The notes under the pieces are model-generated. The model did not search any database, was not told where the DNA came from, and saw nothing but the letters and a program-made list of their open reading frames with translations. A DNA stretch of 64,000 nucleotides from Patescibacteria group bacterium (GTDB lineage: Bacteria; Patescibacteriota; Minisyncoccia; UBA6257; 2-01-FULL-56-20). Both the position numbers and the translations under genes were made by a program. Of the stretch, positions 57,029 to 64,000 are shown in pieces; the first letter of the stretch is position 1; every line of letters starts with the position of its first letter. The DNA lies in the NCBI GenBank assembly GCA_018971305.1, contig JAGXBC010000003.1, positions 92,325-156,324 of the forward strand, read 5' to 3'.

Positions 57029-58696
57029 ATGCTCGCCGATGAACTGAAACAATTTTTTCACGGAGACGTTCTTGACGATGGAAAAACCCTCGCGACCTAT
57101 AGCCGCGATTATTCTATTTTTAAGGTGAAGCCGCAAGCAGTAGTTTTTCCGAAAAACGCAGAAGACGTTAAAAATCTGGTGAAATTTTCAGTTAAGGCGA
57201 AAGGATCCGGTACGGACATTTCGCTCACCGCTCGTTCGGCCGGAACGGATATGTCGGGCGGACCCCTGAACAATTCCGTAATAGTGGAATTTGCCAAATA
57301 TTTCAATCAAGTAAAAGAAATTAAACAATCCGCGGAAGGTGGTTCAGCCGTAGTCCAGCCGGGAGTTTATTTCCGCGATTTCGAAAAAGAATTAAAAAAA
57401 ATCGGTTTACTATATCCGCCCTATCCCGCATCTAAAGACTTGTGCGCCCTTGGTGGAATGATTTCCAATAATTCCGGCGGCGAGAAAACTCTCGCTTATG
57501 GGAAAACGGAGGATTATGTAGAAGAGTTGAAGGTAGTCCTGAGCGATGGCGAAGAACACACTATAAAACCATTATCCAAAGAAGATCTAAAAACAAAAAT
57601 TCAAGAAGATGGTTTTGAAGGCCGATTATATAAAAGAATTTATGAATTAATTGAAAACAACTACGATGCCATACGCGCAGCGAAACCGGACGTTTCCAAA
57701 AATTCGGCAGGTTACTATTTGTGGAATGTCTGGGATGGGCAAACATTTGATTTGAATAGATTGTTCGTCGGTTCCCAGGGAACGCTGGGTTTGGTTACGG
57801 AGGCCAAATTAAGGCTGGTGAGGGAGAAAAAATACAGCAGATTGGCAGTGGTGTTTTTGAAGGATCTTGCGCCTCTAGCCGATCTTGTGGTGGAAATCCT
57901 TAAATTCAAACCGGAAAGTCTGGAATCTTATGACGACAAAACGCTGAATGTAGCCCTGAAATATTTGCCCGAAATCGTTAAATCTATGGGCGGACATTTC
58001 TTCAAACTCATCTGGCAGTTTTTGCCGGAAGCGATGATGGTTTTGCGGGGTGGTTTGCCCAAAATGGTGCTTATTATTGAATTGAACGATGATGACAGCA
58101 ACGAATTAGAGAAGCGGCTTTTTGCTTTGCGAGCGGCCGTAAAAACATTCTCCGCCAAGAGCGGCGGAGTACAGGCGCGCATTCTTAAAAGCGAAGAAGA
58201 AGCGGAGAAATATTGGACAATCCGCCGCCAGAGCTTCGCTCTGCTTCATAATCATTCTATTAATAAAGATACGGCGCCGTTTATAGACGACTTAATAGTC
58301 AAACCGGAATATCTGCCTAAATTTCTTCCAGAACTTAATGTTATTTTGGATAAATATAAAAAAGATCTGGTGTATACTATCGCAGGTCATCCGGGCAACG
58401 GTAATTTCCATATTATCCCCTTAATGGATTTAAAGCGGGAACGCATCCGCGCCCTCATACCCAAGATATCGGAAGAAGTTTATAGCCTGGTCTTTAAATA
58501 CAAGGGTTCTATAACTGCGGAGCACAATGACGGCCTGATCCGCACCCCGTATCTGGAAAAAATGTATGGCAAAAAAATTGTAGAACTTTTTGCAGAGGTC
58601 AAGAAAATTTTTGACCCGCTTGATATTTTCAATCCCGGGAAGAAAGTTGGCGGCAACCTGGATTATATGATAAGTAAGATAGAGAGTTCAAGATAG
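57029..58696 (+). CDS. FAD-linked oxidase/dehydrogenase (PCMH-type FAD-binding; GlcD/D-lactate dehydrogenase-like)
   Basis: N-terminal FAD-binding domain pattern and a C-terminal FAD-oxidase domain. Confidence 0.7.
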   Translation: MLADELKQFFHGDVLDDGKTLATYSRDYSIFKVKPQAVVFPKNAEDVKNLVKFSVKAKGSGTDISLTARSAGTDMSGGPLNNSVIVEFAKYFNQVKEIKQSAEGGSAVVQPGVYFRDFEKELKKIGLLYPPYPASKDLCALGGMISNNSGGEKTLAYGKTEDYVEELKVVLSDGEEHTIKPLSKEDLKTKIQEDGFEGRLYKRIYELIENNYDAIRAAKPDVSKNSAGYYLWNVWDGQTFDLNRLFVGSQGTLGLVTEAKLRLVREKKYSRLAVVFLKDLAPLADLVVEILKFKPESLESYDDKTLNVALKYLPEIVKSMGGHFFKLIWQFLPEAMMVLRGGLPKMVLIIELNDDDSNELEKRLFALRAAVKTFSAKSGGVQARILKSEEEAEKYWTIRRQSFALLHNHSINKDTAPFIDDLIVKPEYLPKFLPELNVILDKYKKDLVYTIAGHPGNGNFHIIPLMDLKRERIRALIPKISEEVYSLVFKYKGSITAEHNDGLIRTPYLEKMYGKKIVELFAEVKKIFDPLDIFNPGKKVGGNLDYMISKIESSR

Positions 58697-58754
58697 AACT
58701 CGCAAGCCGAACAAGCGAAATAAACAAGGAAAATGGTTCGTATTATTTTAAGGG

Positions 58755-61241
58755 ATGAATTCAATGATAAACAAGAAAAAAGATAAAGCAGAAATATATA
58801 AAAGAAATATTCCGACCATCCTTGTTATTTTTGGAGTTACGGGCGATCTCACAAGAAAAAAAGCTATACCTGCGCTTTTCCATCTATTCGTTAAAGGACA
58901 ATTGCCACGGATGTTCCGGCTTATCGGTTTTTCCCGCCGCGATATTCCGCAAAAAGATTTTAGGAAGTATGTCGAGGAGATAATCGTTAAACATTTCGGC
59001 AATAAAACAGACAAAAGGCGGCTGAAAAATTTTCTGGAATTTTTGGAATATAGGCGCGGCAGATTCGGAAAAGGCAGCGATTATAAAGAGCTGGCCAAAA
59101 CCCTCAAGGCCGTGGATGACAATTGGGGTGTTTGCGCTAATAAATTGTTTTATTTGGCAGTTCCTCCGAAGCTCTACGAAACGATATTTACCCATCTGGC
59201 GGCAAGCGAGTTGACCAAGCCTTGCGGACCGAACGAGGGCTGGACCCGCGTTATCATAGAAAAACCATTTGGCAATAACGAAAAAAGTGCCAAGGCCCTG
59301 GATAAACGCCTTTCTCAACTCTTCAAAGAAGAACAGATTTACCGCATCGACCACTATCTGGCCAAAGAGATGTTCCAGAATATTTTGGCCTTCAGATTTT
59401 TCAATAATCTTTTTGAAGACCGTTGGGGCAAAGACCTTATCGAAACGATCTACGCGCGCGAGTGGGAGAATATCGGCGTGGAACATCGCGGTGCTTTCTA
59501 CGATGCCGTCGGCGCTCTTCGCGATGTGGGCCAGAACCATCTTTTACAAATGGCGGCATTGACCACAATGGATCAGCCGGAGAATTTGACGGCGGAGTCA
59601 ATACGGAAGAAACGGGCCGATATCCTAAAAACTTTTATTCCGCCAACAACCCAAGACGTAAAGCGGAATACTTTCCGTGCGCAATATGAGGGCTACGGTT
59701 CTATAAAAGGAGTTAAGCGGCATTCCGATACCGAAACGTATTTCCGCGCTAAGGCATTTTTATCCCATCCCAAATGGCAAGGAGTGCCGATAATTATGGA
59801 AGCTGGCAAGCGTCTTTTGCCTCCGAAGAAAAAAGAGGAGATAACCGAGATAGAGGTCGTTTTCCGTCATCCGCAACCATGCTTATGCGCCAGCTTGAGT
59901 GAAGAAGGCGCGGCGGGGAGACACTATAAAAATTCTCTTATATTCCGCCAAGATCCAAAAGAAGGAATTACGATACGGTTTTGGTCAAAAAAACCTGGGC
60001 ATGTTCTAAAAATAGAGGAGCGAACGTTTGAATTCAATCTTCGCGATACGAACAGCACCGGACAGAAAGCGCAATACACGGAAGAGTACGAGAAACTACT
60101 TTTGGACTGCATCGCTGGGGACCAGACGCTTTTTGTCTCAAGCGGAGAAGTCGTAAGCAGCTGGAGGTTCATAGATCCGATAATAACTGCCTGGGATAAA
60201 GGTGTTGTTCCGCTTAAACATTACAAACCCGATTCTCTAGATATAACCAAGGAAGCGGCTGATTACGTTACCGCGGCAACCAATAGTTTTCTCGAGATAA
60301 AAAAGGAGATAGGTATTATCGGTCTCGGCAAAATGGGTGCGAATTTATCTCGCCAGCTTCACGCCAGGGGCTGGAAGGTTTTTGCCTGGAATAGAAATGG
60401 TGCTATAGCGAAAGAACTGGAAAACAATGGGGTATTGCGGGCGACCGCGACCACGGAGGAACTTCTGGCGAAACTTTCCGCGCCGCGAATTGTTTGGCTG
60501 ATGCTTCCCGCTTTCGCCAAGGCTACGGCGGGCAAGCCCGCAGGCAAACCAGTGGACGAATTCCTTTTCGGTAAATCGGGCATAGTAAAATATTTACGCA
60601 AAGGAGATATTGTTATTGACGGAGGGAATTCATTCTATGCGGATTCCGTTCGCCGGGCAAAAAAATTGAAGGATTTGGGAATTAATTTTTTGGACATCGG
60701 CGTTTCCGGCGGTCCCAGCGGCGCTTTAAATGGCGCTTGCCTTATGATCGGCGGAGAGAGAAAGATTTATAGCCGGTTGGAAGTATTATTTAACGATCTG
60801 AGCGTGGAGAATGGTTATGGATATATGGGCAAGGCCGGCGCGGGGCACTTTGTGAAGATGGTGCATAATGGCATGGAATACGGCATGATGCAGTCGCTCG
60901 CTGAGGGCTTCGCGGTTCTTAAAAAATCTCCTTTCAAATTGAATCTACGCGAAGTAGCGGAAGTTTATAATCACGGCAGCGTGATAACTTCGCGGCTTGT
61001 CGGCTGGTTAAAGAACGGGCTTGAGGCCTACGGCGAAAACCTAAAAAGCGTTTCCGGATCGGTTGCCCATACCGGAGAAGGGGAATGGACGGTAAAAACA
61101 GCCAAGAAACTAAATGTTCCGACTCCGATAATAAAAGCATCGTTTGATTTCAGAAAAGCATCTTTCAAACAACCAAGCTATATCGGCAAACTGCTTTCCG
61201 TTTTGCGAAATCAGTTCGGGGGTCATTCGATAAAGAAATAA
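58755..61241 (+). CDS. zwf: fusion of glucose-6-phosphate dehydrogenase (N-terminal) with a 6-phosphogluconate dehydrogenase-like NAD(P)-binding domain (C-terminal)
   Basis: The G6PD motifs are present in the first ~500 aa. Residues ~505-828 carry a Rossmann IGIIGLGKMGANL plus GVSGGPSGALNGACLMIGG, which is 6PGDH/Gnd-like. Confidence 0.75.
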   Translation: MNSMINKKKDKAEIYKRNIPTILVIFGVTGDLTRKKAIPALFHLFVKGQLPRMFRLIGFSRRDIPQKDFRKYVEEIIVKHFGNKTDKRRLKNFLEFLEYRRGRFGKGSDYKELAKTLKAVDDNWGVCANKLFYLAVPPKLYETIFTHLAASELTKPCGPNEGWTRVIIEKPFGNNEKSAKALDKRLSQLFKEEQIYRIDHYLAKEMFQNILAFRFFNNLFEDRWGKDLIETIYAREWENIGVEHRGAFYDAVGALRDVGQNHLLQMAALTTMDQPENLTAESIRKKRADILKTFIPPTTQDVKRNTFRAQYEGYGSIKGVKRHSDTETYFRAKAFLSHPKWQGVPIIMEAGKRLLPPKKKEEITEIEVVFRHPQPCLCASLSEEGAAGRHYKNSLIFRQDPKEGITIRFWSKKPGHVLKIEERTFEFNLRDTNSTGQKAQYTEEYEKLLLDCIAGDQTLFVSSGEVVSSWRFIDPIITAWDKGVVPLKHYKPDSLDITKEAADYVTAATNSFLEIKKEIGIIGLGKMGANLSRQLHARGWKVFAWNRNGAIAKELENNGVLRATATTEELLAKLSAPRIVWLMLPAFAKATAGKPAGKPVDEFLFGKSGIVKYLRKGDIVIDGGNSFYADSVRRAKKLKDLGINFLDIGVSGGPSGALNGACLMIGGERKIYSRLEVLFNDLSVENGYGYMGKAGAGHFVKMVHNGMEYGMMQSLAEGFAVLKKSPFKLNLREVAEVYNHGSVITSRLVGWLKNGLEAYGENLKSVSGSVAHTGEGEWTVKTAKKLNVPTPIIKASFDFRKASFKQPSYIGKLLSVLRNQFGGHSIKK

Positions 61242-61269
61242 AACCGTTCGGAAAGCGTATAATATTGAT

Positions 61270-62364
61270 GTGGCAACGAAAGGCACGTTCGATCCCGAAT
61301 ACGAAATAGAGATAAATAAACCGGAGCTCGGCCTCCGGGGATTTTTGGTTATAGACAATACCGTTTTGGGCCCCGGCAAGGGCGGCATTAGGATGACCGC
61401 CAACGTGACGATGGAAGAAGTGAAGCGCCTCGCGCGGACAATGACCCGGAAAAATTCTTTGGCAGATATTCCATTTGGCGGCGCCAAAGCTGGAATTATT
61501 ATGCCCAAAGGCGTTTCTCCGGAAAAGAAAAAAGGACTGGTACGGGGCTTCGCGCTTGCTTTAAAAGAATACATTCCTTCGCGCTATATTGCGGGACCGG
61601 ACGTAAACAGCGGCGAGCAGGAAATGCAGTGGTTTGCGGAAGCGCTCGGCGATAATAAAGCGGCAACGGGCAAACCCGCGGCTATTGGCGGATTACCGCA
61701 CGAATTGGGCAGTACCGGTTTTGGCGTGGCGCAGGCAACAAAAATCGCCGCAGAGATCGCCGGAATAAATATTAAAGATGCCACGGTCGCCATAGAAGGT
61801 TTTGGTAACGTTGGCACATTCGCTTTTAAATACCTACAAGAGATGGGCGCAAAAATCGTTGCCATTTCCGATAGCAAAGGGAATATTTACTCTAAAGACG
61901 GCTTGGACTACGAAACGGCAATGGCGGTAAAGAAGAAAGAGGGTTCGGTAATTCACTACAAAGGCGCGCAAAAGCTTTCTGCCGACGACTTCTTCGGTTT
62001 GCCCGTAGACATTTGGATTCCCGCGGCAGTAACAGACGTTGTCAATGATTCCAATAAAGATAGAATTCGAGCGAAAATGATAGTTGAGGGTGCTAATATC
62101 CCGATGAGCGAAAAAATAGAGAACGAGCTTTGGCAAAAGGGGATTATAATCGTTCCCGATTTCGTGGCCAATATGGGCGGAGTCATTTCTTCTTACGCCG
62201 AATATATTGGTTACACACCGGATAAAATGTTCCAGTTAGTGGAAGAAAAAGTAATCGGTGCCACGCGTGCGGTTATGGAAAAATCATTGCGCGAAAAACG
62301 CAATCCGCGCGAAGTGGCGATGGAGATAGCCGAGAAAAGGATTTTACAAGCAAATAGAAATTAA
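61270..62364 (+). CDS. Glu/Leu/Phe/Val-family amino-acid dehydrogenase (glutamate dehydrogenase-like); GTG start
   Basis: KGGIRM and GGAKAGI motifs, plus a C-terminal NAD(P) Rossmann GFGNVG. Confidence 0.8.
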   Translation: MATKGTFDPEYEIEINKPELGLRGFLVIDNTVLGPGKGGIRMTANVTMEEVKRLARTMTRKNSLADIPFGGAKAGIIMPKGVSPEKKKGLVRGFALALKEYIPSRYIAGPDVNSGEQEMQWFAEALGDNKAATGKPAAIGGLPHELGSTGFGVAQATKIAAEIAGINIKDATVAIEGFGNVGTFAFKYLQEMGAKIVAISDSKGNIYSKDGLDYETAMAVKKKEGSVIHYKGAQKLSADDFFGLPVDIWIPAAVTDVVNDSNKDRIRAKMIVEGANIPMSEKIENELWQKGIIIVPDFVANMGGVISSYAEYIGYTPDKMFQLVEEKVIGATRAVMEKSLREKRNPREVAMEIAEKRILQANRN

Positions 62365-62397
62365 AAATCTGCTCAAAACAAATGCTATAATTAATTT

Positions 62398-63369
62398 ATG
62401 ATCTACGACGACATAAAACATTTCAATAAGCAATTCGAGTACGAACCGAAAGTTGAAAACGCAACGAAATTAAAGAAGTTCAAGAAATTCCTTGTGGTGG
62501 GAATGGGCGGCTCGCATTTGGCCGCGGATATCCTGAAATCCTGGAAACCGGACATAGATATTGTTGTCTGGAACGATTACGGCCTGCCGCCGCTTAAAGA
62601 CGTCAAGGAAAGGCTGCTCATTGCTAATTCTTATTCCGGAAAAACTGAGGAGACGATAGATTCTCTTAACGCCGCTAAGGCACACCACGTTTCGTCTGCC
62701 GTGATAAGCACTGGTGGAAAACTTATCGGACTGGCGCAAAAACACAAACTTCCTTACGTGCAAATGCCGGATCTCCATATGCAGCCGCGGATGGCGTTGG
62801 GACTTAATCTGCGGGGATTGTTGGCCTTGATGGGGGATAAGTCGTGGCTTAACGAAACGCTTGAACTCGCGAAGGAGCTACATCCGGCAAGGCACGAGAT
62901 AGGCGGTAAAGCGCTTGCTAAGCGTTTATATGGAAGCGTGCCTATAATTTACGCTTCTTTAAAGAATCAATCTGTCGCCTACAACTGGAAAATAAAATTC
63001 AACGAAACAGGAAAAACTCCGGCCTTTATGAATGTTTTTCCGGAACTGAACCATAACGAAATGACGAGTTTTGACGTTAAACTGCGCACCGCGACCCTAT
63101 CCAAAAATTTCCATTTTATATTTCTGAAGGATATAGATGACGACAAAAGGATAATCCGAAGAATGAACATCCTGGAAAAACTTTTATTTGATCGCGGCTT
63201 TAAGGTTGAGGCGCTCTTTATGCAGGGCAAAAATCGCCTGCAGAAAATATTCAATTCGCTTAACCTCGCCGATTGGACGGCATATCACACCGCCCTACAG
63301 TACGGCGTTGAGCCGGAACAAGTCCCGATGGTGGAGGAATTCAAAAAACTTATGGTTCCAAGGGGATAA
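62398..63369 (+). CDS. SIS-domain bifunctional phosphoglucose/phosphomannose isomerase (archaeal-type PGI/PMI)
   Basis: SIS motifs LVVGMGGSHLAA and SYSGKTEET, and a C-terminal bact-PGI_C-like region. Confidence 0.55.
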   Translation: MIYDDIKHFNKQFEYEPKVENATKLKKFKKFLVVGMGGSHLAADILKSWKPDIDIVVWNDYGLPPLKDVKERLLIANSYSGKTEETIDSLNAAKAHHVSSAVISTGGKLIGLAQKHKLPYVQMPDLHMQPRMALGLNLRGLLALMGDKSWLNETLELAKELHPARHEIGGKALAKRLYGSVPIIYASLKNQSVAYNWKIKFNETGKTPAFMNVFPELNHNEMTSFDVKLRTATLSKNFHFIFLKDIDDDKRIIRRMNILEKLLFDRGFKVEALFMQGKNRLQKIFNSLNLADWTAYHTALQYGVEPEQVPMVEEFKKLMVPRG

Positions 63370-63984
63370 TTAATATCCCGAAAAATCTTCGGTCTTGATG
63401 TAGTCATCGTCAATGCCAGCGTTGTTCAACACCTGCCGCATAGCGGACACCATAGTTTGCGGTCCGGCGGAATAATAGATCGGTTTTGTTAGATCGCCTA
63501 CGTATTTAGCGATCATTTCTTTATTGATATAGCCCGTTTCACCAGTCCATTCTTGTTGGGAATTTTTCATATCCGTCATTGTCCCGATAAATCTGTAGTT
63601 GGGATTTTGTTTTTCCAATTCCTGCAGCTCTTTGAGAAATGCCGTGTCTTCCGGTCTGCGGTTGGAGTAGAATAAAAATATTTTATGCGGCAATTTTCTG
63701 GCTGAGGCATCAAGCACTATGGAACGCACAGGTGTAATGCCGATACCGCCCATTAACAACACCGCAGGTTTGGACGGATCGTTATGCAGGGTAAAAGAGC
63801 CAAAAGGAAGCTCGGCTTTTACTTCGAGTCCCATAGTGGCGGATTTTAGGACACGCTTGAAGGCAGTGTCACGCATACGTGTGGCAATCATGAGATATTC
63901 TTCCTGTGGAGAACTCGCTATGGAGAATGGCCTGTTATTTCCCTCGGCATCGGTTTCCGGGGGGTTAATAAGGGTCATTTCCAA
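63370..63984 (-). CDS. FNR-like FAD/NAD(P)-binding oxidoreductase, probably truncated at the window edge
   Basis: RPFSIAS FAD motif and the NAD(P) Rossmann LLMGGIGITP. The first Met is at the window boundary, so the gene may continue upstream. Confidence 0.55.
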   Translation of the reverse strand: MEMTLINPPETDAEGNNRPFSIASSPQEEYLMIATRMRDTAFKRVLKSATMGLEVKAELPFGSFTLHNDPSKPAVLLMGGIGITPVRSIVLDASARKLPHKIFLFYSNRRPEDTAFLKELQELEKQNPNYRFIGTMTDMKNSQQEWTGETGYINKEMIAKYVGDLTKPIYYSAGPQTMVSAMRQVLNNAGIDDDYIKTEDFSGY

Positions 63985-64000
63985 ATACTGACCCGCCCTA

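Noticed and set aside
58884-59540. 218-aa minus-strand ORF inside the zwf fusion gene
   Set aside because: It is antisense to the G6PD motifs RIDHYLAKE and QNHLLQ.
61110-62186. Minus-strand ORFs overlapping the G6PD-6PGDH end and the glutamate dehydrogenase gene
   Set aside because: They are antisense to well-supported coding regions.
1-64000. CRISPR arrays, rRNA genes, transposases/IS elements, integrases
   Set aside because: No regularly spaced direct repeats, no rRNA-like conserved blocks, and no DDE or tyrosine-recombinase-like ORFs were seen anywhere in the window.

Overview
This 64-kb window is a gene-dense bacterial chromosome segment. Genes are mostly co-directional on the + strand, GC looks mid-40s percent, and many products are small or domain-trimmed, which suggests a small-genome CPR/Patescibacteria-like organism (inference only). 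Housekeeping content: tRNA-Lys(TTT) and tRNA-Ala(CGC), rnhB, an unlisted rpmF (bL32), nusB, rnc, an SMC-like ATPase, rpsP, a KH-domain protein, efp, mnmA, greA, tsaC, mscL, and all three NER genes (uvrB, a short uvrA, a short uvrC). There is a small sugar/redox block: G6PD fused to a 6PGDH-like domain, Glu/Leu/Phe/Val dehydrogenase, a SIS-type PGI/PMI, a FAD-linked oxidase and an FNR-like reductase cut by the window edge. Secreted and envelope proteins are common: M15, M14 x2, a trypsin-like protease, an FN3/PG-binding protein, a Cys-rich Hint-domain protein, and a MacAB-like efflux set with an AbrB-type regulator. Two accessory regions stand out. (1) An AT-rich island (~27.6-31.3 kb) carries a candidate restriction gene convergent with a methyltransferase whose N-terminal ~200 aa are a complete LexA-like repressor/S24 autopeptidase, plus a DUF3800-like gene. 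(2) A higher-GC, translationally coupled four-gene operon (32.7-35.6 kb) encodes a membrane-anchored coiled-coil protein with a C-terminal E2/UBC-like domain, a JAB/JAMM metalloprotease, a minimal E1 (ThiF/MoeB-like) and a 70-aa beta-grasp Ubl ending in Gly-Gly. This looks like a Bil/Bub-like bacterial ubiquitin-like conjugation system with an unusual membrane-tethered E2. Other oddities: the tRNA-Lys gene is flanked by fragments of itself, each carrying the 16-bp palindrome TCCGCCAGCTGGCGGA in place of a GTY triplet. A CCCCGCC-N3-GGCGGGG hairpin recurs in intergenic regions. A perfect-consensus sigma70 promoter sits upstream of the KH gene. An inverted repeat lies upstream of uvrA. No CRISPR array, rRNA or transposase was seen.
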